From Allorhizobium sp. (GTDB lineage Bacteria; Pseudomonadota; Alphaproteobacteria; Rhizobiales; Rhizobiaceae), in assembly GCA_045377275.1 (NCBI GenBank), contig JBJIOA010000031.1, positions 26,202 to 90,201 of the forward strand: 64,000 nt of DNA, in the 5' to 3' direction. Numbering within the stretch: position 1 is the first letter of the stretch; the number at the start of each line of letters is the position of its first letter. Below the pieces are notes generated by a model. That model worked only from the letters and a program-made list of their open reading frames with translations, ran no database searches and was not told the origin of the DNA. This document shows, in pieces, positions 9,398 to 18,871 of this stretch. The translations under genes were made by a program, and so were the position numbers.

Positions 9398-11712
9398 GAT
9401 TTTCGTCCCTGCCTGAGGACGACGAAGGTCGACGCGCCGAGCAGGATTGCGGCGAGGATCTGCGCGATGGTGAATTCCCGGGCGTTGTTGGAGAACCAGC
9501 CGGCGACGATCAGACGACCGTTCTGCAGGCTGAGCGGCTTCGTCTCATAAAGACGCTCATGGGCCGCGATCTTCCGCTCGACCAGGGCTCCGTCGCCCTT
9601 CAGGGCATTGACAGACCCACCGAGACGTCCCCAAACATCGGTTTGAACCAGGCTTCTCAAGCCTTCTGAAAGCAGGGCTGGGTCTCGAACTGCGACCACG
9701 GTCCAGGCATCCCTGTCGTTGACGAGGCGCTGGGCAACCAGCATGTCCGCCTCGCCGCTGACCTGATAGACGGCGTCGGCCGAGAGGACATTGCCGTCTT
9801 CGACGAGGCCGAGCTGGGCGGCCTGGATGCGGATACGGGTGCTGATCGCGTCGTAAAGCTTGTGGGTTCCGTCCCGTAGGCGAGCGACGATCGAGGCCGG
9901 ACCCGGTTCGTCCACCGTCACCGGCGTACCGTCGATAGAAAGTGCGGGGGCGGCCACTTCGACCGGCGCGCCGCTCGGATCTGCTGTGTTCTGATCGATG
10001 GACAGGTTGAGGTCGCTGCCGACCGTATTGACGTTAATCCCGAGATCGGACTGCAATTGGCCCGAAAAACCGGAGAAGGTTCCGAAGGCCAGCAGAGGCC
10101 CCTGGCGGTCCAGTGGCCAGCCAGAAGTGACCAAAACGGGACTGACTTCGCGCGAGACATAGGCCATCTTGGCGAGGAACGTCCCGGCTGCACCAAGGAC
10201 AGCGTTGTCCATGTTTTCGACGTAGAGCGGCATGGCTGCATCGCCGTCGAAGTCCGCCTTGCCGGCGGAGACGACGGCGAGATCCGGAGCGTGGCCGATC
10301 TGGGCAAACGCCGGGATGTTGAGGGTGCTGTCACCCTTGATGAAGAAGCGTGCCGTGGTGTTGCCGAGGGCCGAGGGATCGCAGACCGTATCGGATGCCG
10401 CGTGCAGTTCCGCCTCGAACTCGATGATATTATAGCCGGGTCTCAGCTTGTCGAGGGGGATCGGCAGGACCTGGCCGTCGATGCGGCCGGAGCGCGCCTC
10501 GCCGAGCCGGATGTTGGCGACGGTGTCACCGTTTGCGCGGATGACCATCTGGGCCGTCGGCGAAAGACCGGCGGCGTATTCGGCATTCAGTTTCAGGTTG
10601 GCGGCACCATAGTCACCCGGATAGAAATCCGCAGGAAGACTGAAGGCGATCGCCTGCTGAAAGTGGCGGCCGGCAAAAGGACGCGCAACGAAGCCGAGTT
10701 CGGCGAGCGTGTTCGCGCTGCCGGATTCGAGCAGGCGTCCCCGACGATTGCCGAGCGCGCGACGCCCTTGGGGCGAACCGTCGGTCACCTCCGTCTGGGC
10801 GCGCAGGGTAAAGTCCCGGATGGTGCTTGCGAGTTCATCGGCTGTCCGAGCCGCCACCACCATGCGGCTACGGCCGGTGGCCGGATCGATGTCGAACTCG
10901 ACGCCGGCCTGCTGCGGGACAACACCGGTCAGGTCGCGCACGGTACCAAAGGTGCCAACCACAAGATCGATGCCGGGACCGGAGCCGGCACTGTTGTCGA
11001 CGGTGACCACCGGACGATCGAAATGGCCGAGGATCGACAGCGCCTGCACAACGGCAAAGGTGCGGTCGATATCCTCACCAGCGGCGCCGCGCGGGATCAG
11101 GCCGTTGATGGCGGCATGACCGTTGACGTCGCGGCTATAGGCAAGAAGCGTCGAGACATCGCTCGGGTCGTCCTTGGCATTGCGGGTGAAGACGAAGCCG
11201 CTGCGCGCCGGATCGATCTGCGTCCACAATTCATAGGTCGCCTCGACGGAGCAATCGACGCGATGCGACTGATCCATCAGCACGGTCACGGCATTGTAGC
11301 CGGGCTGCAGAAGCCCCTTCGGCAGCTCAAGCTCGACCTGATGGGCGTCACCGGACTTCAGGTTGACAGAGCCGATGTCCCGGTCGTTGACGAAGATGCG
11401 CATCGCCGAGCGTTCCGGTGCGACCGAAATGGCCGTCTGCAAGGTGATGATCAGCTTGGCCGAGCCCGTCATTTCCGAGGGCAGCACGACAAAGGGATAT
11501 TCGCGATTGGCGGTCTCGCCGGTGAAGAACAGGTCCTGCTTGTCTGCAATCAGACGGCGGATCTGGCTTTCATCCTGGAAATATTCCTTGGCTTCAGTGT
11601 CCACCTTGACCTGCGGCGCCAGAACGAAGCCGGAGGAAGTGGATGCGCCGGCCGGCGAGGCTGCCAAGAGCAGACCGACGCTCGCCAGCAAAGTGAGATG
11701 TTGCCTGATCAT
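9394..11712 (-). CDS. celB: cellulose synthase regulatory subunit BcsB (CelB)
   Basis: Start chosen at MIRQHLTLLASVGLLLAASPAGAST (ATG 11712), which overlaps the celA stop as ATGA. Large periplasmic protein with a single C-terminal TM helix (…ILAAILLGASTFVVL), as in BcsB. Confidence 0.88.
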   Translation of the reverse strand: MIRQHLTLLASVGLLLAASPAGASTSSGFVLAPQVKVDTEAKEYFQDESQIRRLIADKQDLFFTGETANREYPFVVLPSEMTGSAKLIITLQTAISVAPERSAMRIFVNDRDIGSVNLKSGDAHQVELELPKGLLQPGYNAVTVLMDQSHRVDCSVEATYELWTQIDPARSGFVFTRNAKDDPSDVSTLLAYSRDVNGHAAINGLIPRGAAGEDIDRTFAVVQALSILGHFDRPVVTVDNSAGSGPGIDLVVGTFGTVRDLTGVVPQQAGVEFDIDPATGRSRMVVAARTADELASTIRDFTLRAQTEVTDGSPQGRRALGNRRGRLLESGSANTLAELGFVARPFAGRHFQQAIAFSLPADFYPGDYGAANLKLNAEYAAGLSPTAQMVIRANGDTVANIRLGEARSGRIDGQVLPIPLDKLRPGYNIIEFEAELHAASDTVCDPSALGNTTARFFIKGDSTLNIPAFAQIGHAPDLAVVSAGKADFDGDAAMPLYVENMDNAVLGAAGTFLAKMAYVSREVSPVLVTSGWPLDRQGPLLAFGTFSGFSGQLQSDLGINVNTVGSDLNLSIDQNTADPSGAPVEVAAPALSIDGTPVTVDEPGPASIVARLRDGTHKLYDAISTRIRIQAAQLGLVEDGNVLSADAVYQVSGEADMLVAQRLVNDRDAWTVVAVRDPALLSEGLRSLVQTDVWGRLGGSVNALKGDGALVERKIAAHERLYETKPLSLQNGRLIVAGWFSNNAREFTIAQILAAILLGASTFVVLRQGRKS

Positions 11713-13940
11713 TCTCCGGCCTCCTGGTGACGGACCGGGGCAGCGGCCAGGGCCGCACCGGCGAGAGGTTTCAGTCTCTGCGGCTCGGCCTTGTCGGCCG
11801 GCTTGCCACCGAGCGCGACGCCGAGTGCGGCGAGCGGGCACATGATCGCCCAGCGCAAGATGCGAATGCTGCCGGCAATCATGCTCTTGGGGCGCTGGCG
11901 CAGGGCACGCTGTTCGCGGACCACCGACATGTCGTGCATCAAAAGTTCCGCGATGATCGGGAAGTGATAAGGCTCGGCATCGAAGCGCAGGGCGATCGCG
12001 CCGTCTTCGTCGGGTGCGCCGCCGGCAATGCTGACGGGCAGCGAGGTGACGAGCATGGTCGAGGAGACGTTAAGCAGCTGAAGCCGGCCGTATTCGCCCT
12101 TGCGCAAGATGCGGGAGGCGCCCTGTGCCGGGATGAGCTTGGCACCCTTGGCGGAGGCCTCGGTGATTGCTCCGCGCAGGACAGTCTCGCCGAACTGCAG
12201 CTCGACATTGGTGCGCAGGGGCAACTCGACGCCGGCGAGATCCTGGCTGCGTTCGGTGACGACGCCCAGCGCACAGCCGGCGATCATCAGGTTCATCCAG
12301 TTCCAGGCACCGACGATCAGGAGCAGGCTCGAGATCTCAGGCTCGGTGTTGTAGCGATAGGCCGCGACAAACAGTGTGAAGCACAGGACGCCGAAAATGA
12401 TGAAGTAGGGCAGCGAGAGTTCCGAAAGCCGGTCCTGCTTCAGTGAAACGCCCTTGGCTGTCACCTTGAAAGTCGGGCTCTTCGGCTTCAGGAGCACGCT
12501 GATGATCGCCTGGAACAGATAGACCGACTGGACATATTCGTAGAGCTCGGAAATCCAGGGCCAGCGAACGCTGCCATAGAGGTAGCTGCGGACCATTTCC
12601 CCGACGATCAGGTACATGACCGTGTAGGCGAAGAAGTCTTCGAAGGACGCGACGAAGATCTTCATGTCGAAGAGGATGAAGAGCAGCGGGGCGACGAAGA
12701 AGACGGCGCGCACGAAGGGGAAGAACCAGAAGAGCGAGCTCGAGATGTAACTCAGGCGCTGCGGCAGGGAGAGGCCCCGCTTGAAAAGCGGGTTCTTGAG
12801 CATCAGGATCTGCACCATGCCCTGGCACCAGCGCGACCGCTGACCGACGAAGCTGGCAAAGGTTTCCGGCTGCAGGCCCGAAATCAGCGGCTTGTCGATA
12901 TAGAGGCTGTTCCAGCCACGGGCGTGGAGTTCGAGGGCGGTCTCGCAATCCTCGGTAATGGTAATGCCTGAAAAGCCACCGACCTCTTCCAGAGCCTCAC
13001 GGCGCAGGACAGCGGCCGATCCGCAGAAGAAGGAGGCATTCCAACGGTCAAGGCCCTTCTGGATCTTGCCGTAGAACATCTCGTTCTCGGAGGGCATGCG
13101 GCCAAAGGTGCCGAGATTACGCTCGATCGGATCCGGGTTGGAGAAGAAATGCGGGGTCTGGACGAGGAACAGGCGCTCATCCTCCAAGAAGTAGCCGACA
13201 GTCTCGCGCAGGAAGTTGCGTTCCGGAGCATGATCGGCATCGAAAACAACCACGAGGTCCGCATGGGTGCGCCAGAGCGCGGCGTTCAGATTGCCGGCCT
13301 TGGCATGCACGTTCTCCTGACGAGTCATGTAGACGGCGCCGAGGTCGCTGCAGAGATCCTTGAGGATCGCCGCGCGCTCCTTCGCCTGGGCTGCGGCGAC
13401 CGGATCGTCGGCATTGCGCTTCTGATCGGTGCCGCCGTCGTCGAGGAGATAGACGGTGAACTTGTCGGAGGGATAGTCCATCGCCTTGGCTGCCGCCACG
13501 GTGAGCGCCAGGATCTCGCGATCTTCGTTATAGGTCGGGATGAAGACATCGACGGTCGGGCTCTCGTCGTCGGCGAGTTGTGGCGCCCGCGGGCGATCAA
13601 TCGGATCGGCGACGACGAAGAGGCTGATGCCGAGCATCAGGATACAATACATCTCGGCGGCATAGAGAATGATGCCCGGGATAAAGGAATAGAGATCCTC
13701 CAGCGGCGGCAAGGTGCTCGTCGTGCGCCAATAGGCATATTGCAGGATCACGACGCTCGCCAGCGCCAGGAAGATGTGGCGCCAGAAGCCGTCGAGCTTC
13801 AGCAACATGATGGCGCCGAGAAGGGCGATCACGATGATGGAAAGGTTGAAGCGCGCGGCATGGCCGACGGGCTGGGCGATCAATACGAACATCGCCACGA
13901 CGATGGCCAACCAGGTTGCATAGCGAAGCAAATCTCGCAC
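11709..13940 (-). CDS. celA: cellulose synthase catalytic subunit BcsA (CelA), GT2 with C-terminal PilZ-like region
   Basis: 743 aa. GT2/BcsA motifs: DDGGTD, VFDADH, QTPHFF, FFCGSAAV, TEDCET, QRSRWCQG. Multiple TM helices. GTG start at 13940. Confidence 0.95.
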   Translation of the reverse strand: MRDLLRYATWLAIVVAMFVLIAQPVGHAARFNLSIIVIALLGAIMLLKLDGFWRHIFLALASVVILQYAYWRTTSTLPPLEDLYSFIPGIILYAAEMYCILMLGISLFVVADPIDRPRAPQLADDESPTVDVFIPTYNEDREILALTVAAAKAMDYPSDKFTVYLLDDGGTDQKRNADDPVAAAQAKERAAILKDLCSDLGAVYMTRQENVHAKAGNLNAALWRTHADLVVVFDADHAPERNFLRETVGYFLEDERLFLVQTPHFFSNPDPIERNLGTFGRMPSENEMFYGKIQKGLDRWNASFFCGSAAVLRREALEEVGGFSGITITEDCETALELHARGWNSLYIDKPLISGLQPETFASFVGQRSRWCQGMVQILMLKNPLFKRGLSLPQRLSYISSSLFWFFPFVRAVFFVAPLLFILFDMKIFVASFEDFFAYTVMYLIVGEMVRSYLYGSVRWPWISELYEYVQSVYLFQAIISVLLKPKSPTFKVTAKGVSLKQDRLSELSLPYFIIFGVLCFTLFVAAYRYNTEPEISSLLLIVGAWNWMNLMIAGCALGVVTERSQDLAGVELPLRTNVELQFGETVLRGAITEASAKGAKLIPAQGASRILRKGEYGRLQLLNVSSTMLVTSLPVSIAGGAPDEDGAIALRFDAEPYHFPIIAELLMHDMSVVREQRALRQRPKSMIAGSIRILRWAIMCPLAALGVALGGKPADKAEPQRLKPLAGAALAAAPVRHQEAGE

Positions 13941-14067
13941 GGGCTCGGACTCCTCATGAGTTCAATCGTCGATTGACCCGGGATGGCCCTGCCCGCTTCG
14001 CCGCGCTCGAATGCGTCCTCGAATTGAGACACGTCAAGCAAGATGGGGAAGCGGCAAGACCCGAAAG

Positions 14068-14083
14068 GTTAATCTTGACTTAA
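14068..14083 (+). promoter_or_regulatory. candidate CtrA box (TTAA-N7-TTAAC)
   Basis: Exact string TTAATCTTGACTTAAC, 128-143 bp upstream of the celA start, in the celA/AraC-type divergent intergenic region. Confidence 0.3.
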
Positions 14084-14389
14084 CGTTAGGAGCCGATCGC
14101 GGAGAATGGGAAGTGCAGTGTGTCACTGACTTGCGCAGTTGTCGGAATCTTGTCGCAAAATGTCCGAATAGTTGCGGTGCAGCATAGAATTCATGCGCTG
14201 ACACCATTTAATCAATAACCAAAAAAGGTCCGTAGCGCCATTCAAATTGTCATATATTATTTGTTATAACCGGACTCGAAGTCCTCTATGAAATCCAATA
14301 AAACAACACGTCAATACAATTTGGCTTATACTGATACCACAATCCGCGAACAATCATACTGATTAGTTTTTAGACATTTATCGGTCAAA

Positions 14390-14403
14390 ATTTGTTCACA
14401 AAT
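14390..14403. promoter_or_regulatory. 14-bp palindrome ATTTGT-TC-ACAAAT (candidate operator)
   Basis: Perfect 6+6 inverted repeat, about 60 bp upstream of the GlxA/AraC-type regulator start at 14464. Confidence 0.25.
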
Positions 14404-14463
14404 ACTCATTTTTCACCAGGATGAGCAGATGAATACCGTTGAGGCACTAAGGACCGAACAGCA

Positions 14464-15477
14464 ATGCGGACAGTGATGATTGTGCTGCGCAGCAATTGTG
14501 GAATGTTAGATCTGGCCTCCTTCGTGGAGGCCCTTCGATCAGCCCGCGACCCCGATGGTGCCGAGTCCTACCTGCTGACGACCTGCGCCTACCAACAGGA
14601 CAGCCTGCAAGCCGAGGAGCCATGGCTCCGGGTCAAGGCTGCCCATGACATTGTCAGCGCTCCCCAAGACATCGACACGCTGATCCTGCCGAATTGCTCG
14701 GCGAGCGACCTGCAGGAGCAGGATCTCGAATGCAGCGCATTTCTCGCCCGGCGCGGCAAGTCGATCCGCCGCATCGTGGCACTCGGAAACGGGGTCCTTT
14801 TGGCTGCGGCCGCCGGGATGACGCGCGGACAGGCCGTGGCGGCGGACAGTGCGGTCGAGGAACGTCTCGCGGCGCTCTGCAGCCAGACAATCGTCGATCC
14901 CAATTACGATCTGCACAAGAGCGGTAAGATCTGGAGTGCACGCGGGCCGGCCGTTGGACTGTCGCTTGCTTTGGCCCTCATCGAAGAAGATCTCGGCCAT
15001 GATGCGGCTTTGGACGTCAGCCAGCGCTTCACCGACCGGTTCCCGGACATGCGTCCCCGCTTTGCCAATGGCGGCGCACATCTGGTCAACGGCGACCGAC
15101 GCAGCCCGGTCGAACGGATCCAGGAATGGGTGATCGCAAACCCCTCGGCCGACCTCAGTGTCAGCCGGCTTGCAAGCATGGTCGCGATGAGCGAACGCAC
15201 ACTGTCACGCGCCTTCAAGCAGAGGACCGGCCAGACGGTGGGTGATTTCGTGCTGTCCGTTCGCCTTGCCTATGCCTGTGAAATGCTCCGATCGGGCGAG
15301 CGCAAGATCAAGGATGTCGCGCGTCTGGCCGGCCTTGGCAGCCAGACAAACATGCGCCAGCTGTTCGTCAGCCGCTATGGACGTCCGCCTTCGGAGTTTC
15401 GCAAGATCGAGGCGGAACCGGCGATCGACGACGATAGAGAAGCGCCCCTGCGCATAGCATTACCAGCCCGCATTTGA
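14464..15477 (+). CDS. GlxA-family transcriptional regulator (DJ-1/PfpI-like N-domain + AraC-type HTH)
   Basis: 337 aa. The C-terminal AraC HTH pair is …LSVSRLASMVAMSERTLSRAFKQRTGQTVGDFV…RLAGLGSQTNMRQLFVSRYGRPPSEFR. In the N-terminal amidotransferase-like fold, the nucleophile-elbow Cys appears replaced (…ALGNGVLLAAAAG…). Confidence 0.8.
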   Translation: MRTVMIVLRSNCGMLDLASFVEALRSARDPDGAESYLLTTCAYQQDSLQAEEPWLRVKAAHDIVSAPQDIDTLILPNCSASDLQEQDLECSAFLARRGKSIRRIVALGNGVLLAAAAGMTRGQAVAADSAVEERLAALCSQTIVDPNYDLHKSGKIWSARGPAVGLSLALALIEEDLGHDAALDVSQRFTDRFPDMRPRFANGGAHLVNGDRRSPVERIQEWVIANPSADLSVSRLASMVAMSERTLSRAFKQRTGQTVGDFVLSVRLAYACEMLRSGERKIKDVARLAGLGSQTNMRQLFVSRYGRPPSEFRKIEAEPAIDDDREAPLRIALPARI

Positions 15478-15554
15478 ACGCCTGATCGACGGCCACGCGC
15501 GCCGCAGCCTATCGGAGCTGATGTCCGGGGCGTCTGCGCCCTGCCCTTTATCCG

Positions 15555-17270
15555 TCAGGCCGCGAGCTTTGCGTAGGCGCCCTGCCGCTTCATCAGTTCG
15601 GCATGGTTGCCGACTTCGACGATGCGGCCCTGCTGCATGACGACGATCCGATCGGCATTGCGGATGGTGCCGAGCCTGTGGGCGACGACCAGCGTTGTGC
15701 GGCCCTTGGACAGCTCCTCCAGCGCAGACTGTATCTCGCGTTCCGTCGTACTGTCGAGGGCCGAGGTCGCCTCATCGAGCAGCAGGATCGGCGGGTCCTT
15801 GAGGAAGGCGCGGGCAATCGCCACACGCTGTTTCTGGCCGCCTGATAGCATGATGCCGCGCTCGCCGACGATGGTGTCCAGCCCTTCGGGCAGGTTTTCC
15901 AGCATGGTCGACAACTGGGCACGGCGGCAGGCCTCCAGCACCTCTTCGTCGCTGGCGCCGATGCGACCATAGACGATGTTTTCGCGCAGTGTTCCGCCGA
16001 ACAGGAAGACATCCTGCGAGACGAGGCCGATCTGGCGGCGCAGGCTCTCGACAGTCATTTCGGAGAGCTCCATGCCGTCTATGGTGATGCTGCCCGAAGT
16101 CGGCTCATAGAAACGCGGCAGAAGCGACAGAAGCGTCGATTTGCCGGCACCGGATTCACCGACGAAGGCGATGGTTTCGCCGGGCCTGACATGCAGCGAG
16201 ATATCGTGCAGCACGGGGCGACCGGGCATGAAGGCAAAGGTGAGGTTGGAGAAGGTGATTTCGCCTGAGAGCGTCGAGACCGGGCGGGCGTTCGGGCTGT
16301 CGGTGATCTCGGGTTCGGTGGCGAGCAGATCGAGGTAACGACGGAAGCCGGCGATGCCGCGCGGATAGGTTTCGATGACGGCGCTGATCTTGTCGAGCGG
16401 GCGAAAGAAGACGCCGACCAGAAGCAGGAAACCGACGAAGCTGCCGGTCGTCATGGCGCCCGAGAGCACATAGGCCGAGCCGATCACCATGATCACCACC
16501 TGGACGAAGCGCATGCCCATGTAATGCAGCGAGGACGATGCGGCCATGACCTTGTAGGCGTCGAGCTTGGTCTTGCGGTAGCTGGCGTTGTCTTTGGCAA
16601 AGAGTTTGCGCTCATGACCCTCGTTGGCATAGGCCTGAACGACGCGAATGCCGCCGATCGTTTCTTCCAGGCGGACGTTGAAAGCGCCTATGCGGCCATA
16701 GATCTCCTGCCAGGTGCGGGTCATGCGGCTGCCATAGATCGAGACGATGGCAACCGTGCCCGGCACGATGAGGGCCGTGACCAGCGCGAGCTCCACATGC
16801 ATGTTGAGCATCAGGATGAAAGCGCCGACAAAGGTCATGATGGCGATGAACAGATCTTCCGGGCCATGATGGGCGACCTCGCCGACTTCTTCGAGGTCAC
16901 GCGTGACGCGGGCAACCAGCTTGCCGGTGCGGGCCGTATCATACCAGCGCCAGGAGAGCGTCGTCAGATGCTCGAAGGCTTTGGCGCGCATGGCCGTCTC
17001 GATGTTAATGCCGAGCTTGTGACCCCAATAGATGACGATGGCCATGAGGGCAGCATTGACGACATAGATGGCGAGCAGGCCGGCGGCGGCAATGAGCGTC
17101 AGCGTCCAGTTGCCGGTCGGCAGCAGCCTGTCGATGAAAGCTGTGACGGCGAGCGGGAAGGCAAGCTCCAGGACGCCAGAGACGACGGCACAGGAGAAAT
17201 CCAGCCAGAACAGACCCTTCCACGGGCGGTAATAGGCAAAAAACTGTTTCAACATGCGATGATCCTGCAA
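15555..17270 (-). CDS. ABC exporter, fused transmembrane + ATP-binding protein (MsbA/multidrug type)
   Basis: 571 aa with six N-terminal TM helices. Walker A GESGAGKST, signature LSGGQKQRVAIARA, Walker B ILLLDEATSALD. The start could instead be the internal MLKQFF…. Confidence 0.9.
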   Translation of the reverse strand: MQDHRMLKQFFAYYRPWKGLFWLDFSCAVVSGVLELAFPLAVTAFIDRLLPTGNWTLTLIAAAGLLAIYVVNAALMAIVIYWGHKLGINIETAMRAKAFEHLTTLSWRWYDTARTGKLVARVTRDLEEVGEVAHHGPEDLFIAIMTFVGAFILMLNMHVELALVTALIVPGTVAIVSIYGSRMTRTWQEIYGRIGAFNVRLEETIGGIRVVQAYANEGHERKLFAKDNASYRKTKLDAYKVMAASSSLHYMGMRFVQVVIMVIGSAYVLSGAMTTGSFVGFLLLVGVFFRPLDKISAVIETYPRGIAGFRRYLDLLATEPEITDSPNARPVSTLSGEITFSNLTFAFMPGRPVLHDISLHVRPGETIAFVGESGAGKSTLLSLLPRFYEPTSGSITIDGMELSEMTVESLRRQIGLVSQDVFLFGGTLRENIVYGRIGASDEEVLEACRRAQLSTMLENLPEGLDTIVGERGIMLSGGQKQRVAIARAFLKDPPILLLDEATSALDSTTEREIQSALEELSKGRTTLVVAHRLGTIRNADRIVVMQQGRIVEVGNHAELMKRQGAYAKLAA

Positions 17271-17548
17271 TGGTCCATGGCACCCGCAAAGGGCACTGGC
17301 AAGCGGCCGGGACGTGTCATCCCATCCATGACAAGACCTGGGACGCGCGACAAGGCTTCCAGCAGCTTCAGCGCACCGGATGCGCCGTTGAGCACAACCT
17401 CTCCGTTTCAGTCAAGTTTTGGCGTCTCGTGCAATGATCCCGCGCAGGATGAAGGGTCACCACAAGTATAAAAAGGCTGCGTTGCATCACGGACGCTTAA
17501 GTCGCAACCGCAATACGCGTATCACTTTTAAAAGACCGCCTTTGGATA

Positions 17549-17623
17549 TGGCTGGGGCGCCAGGATTCGAACCTGGGAATGCCGGTACCAAAAACCGGTG
17601 CCTTACCGCTTGGCGACGCCCCA
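17549..17623 (-). tRNA. tRNA-Gln (anticodon UUG)
   Basis: The reverse complement folds as a cloverleaf: acceptor TGGGGCG/CGCCCCA, anticodon stem CCGGT/ACCGG with loop TT-TTG-GT, T-arm CCAGG-TTCGAAT-CCTGG, encoded CCA. Confidence 0.9.
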
Positions 17624-17793
17624 ACAGAGTTGCAGGCGAGAGTGAGCGCTGCAAATCGCGGCCTGATTAGCAAAGCGCAGGCCGGGCGGCAACACCCTCG
17701 CAAGGGTCTTTCATCGTTTTTCCCGGAACGATGCAGCGGCGGCGTCGTTTCCTTTTCATCTCCCATGACAAAAACCAACGAAAAGGACATCCC

Positions 17794-18354
17794 ATGCCCT
17801 CCATCACATCCGCCCGCATCCTTATCATCGCCACCCACGGCTATGAGCGCTCCGAGTTGCGCGTGCCGCTGGAACAGCTCTCCGCCAAGGGCGCCAAGGT
17901 CAAGATCGCCTCGCTCGAAAAAGCCCCGATCAAGAGCTGGGACGAGAAGAACTGGGGCGACACTGTCGATGTCGATCTCACCCTCGACGAAGTGAAAATC
18001 GAAGATTTCGATGCTCTGGTCATTCCGGGCGGCCAGATCAATCCCGACCTCCTGCGCAAGGAGCAGAAGGCCGTCGATGTGGTGAAGACTTTCGTGAATT
18101 CCGGCAAGGCCGTTGCCGCAATCTGTCACGGCCCGTGGCTTCTGATCGAGGCCGGTGCCGTCAAGGGCCGCAAGGCGACCTCCTTCCCCTCGATCAAGAC
18201 CGACATGATCAATGCCGGCGCCGACTGGCGCGATGAGGCCGTGGTTACGGATCAGGCGATCATCACCTCCCGCAATCCCGGCGATCTCGATGCCTTCGTG
18301 GCGAAGATCGTCGAGGAGATCGAGGAAGGCCGCCATCAGCGCAGCGCTGCCTGA
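17794..18354 (+). CDS. DJ-1/PfpI family type-1 glutamine amidotransferase-like protein
   Basis: ATG at 17794 gives MPSITSARILIIATHGYE…. The nucleophile elbow AAICHGPWLL is typical of PfpI/YhbO. Confidence 0.9.
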   Translation: MPSITSARILIIATHGYERSELRVPLEQLSAKGAKVKIASLEKAPIKSWDEKNWGDTVDVDLTLDEVKIEDFDALVIPGGQINPDLLRKEQKAVDVVKTFVNSGKAVAAICHGPWLLIEAGAVKGRKATSFPSIKTDMINAGADWRDEAVVTDQAIITSRNPGDLDAFVAKIVEEIEEGRHQRSAA

Positions 18355-18379
18355 TCGCGTCTGCCAGACAACACGATGG

Positions 18380-18406
18380 ACCCGGCGGGCAACCGCCGGG
18401 TTTTTT
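18380..18406 (+). terminator. rho-independent terminator of the PfpI-like gene
   Basis: Stem ACCCGGCGG / CCGCCGGGT with loop GCAA, followed by TTTTTT. Confidence 0.8.
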
Positions 18407-18432
18407 GTGGTCTACCAGTGATCACGGCATCT

Positions 18433-18759
18433 TCAGCCCGGGACAGAGGGGACCTCGCGCGTCAAATCCGGCTCGTCATGGATGAAGGTGAGCTGCAGCG
18501 TTGCCATCCGCTCAACAGCGGGATCGCTGACATTACCGAGCCCCTCTGGTGGCCTAACGGAAATGCCCCCTTCTTCCAATGCCTCGATCAAAGCTGCGAA
18601 GGCGCCGGCCGGGAGCGTCATCCGGATCGTGTTCATCAGGTTCGAATACATGCGCGTATCGTCGATCCAGCCGCCGAGGCGGTTGACGGTGTCGAAGACG
18701 AAACTCGTTGCAGCCTTGCGCTCGACGCGCGTGACGGCCGTCAACATGACGATGGCCAT
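18433..18759 (-). CDS. hypothetical protein (small, soluble, possibly ACT-like fold)
   Basis: ORF with start taken at MAIVMLTAVTRVERK…. I recognise no motif. Coding-like composition only. Confidence 0.45.
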   Translation of the reverse strand: MAIVMLTAVTRVERKAATSFVFDTVNRLGGWIDDTRMYSNLMNTIRMTLPAGAFAALIEALEEGGISVRPPEGLGNVSDPAVERMATLQLTFIHDEPDLTREVPSVPG

Positions 18760-18871
18760 GGCCAGCCCCTCCCCTGTCACGAGAGAGTGCAGCGGTAAGC
18801 GGTGACAAATCAAGCCTCTTGTGAAATAGGCTCAAGTGCTGCGGCTTGCCGCGCAAAATCGGACCTCGGGC

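Noticed and set aside
13941-17623. Possible genomic islet integrated at the 3' end of tRNA-Gln (AT-rich DNA + AraC-type regulator + ABC exporter).
   Set aside because: I could find no integrase or transposase, and no direct repeat of the tRNA 3' end in the AT-rich region. The two genes have normal high-GC composition.
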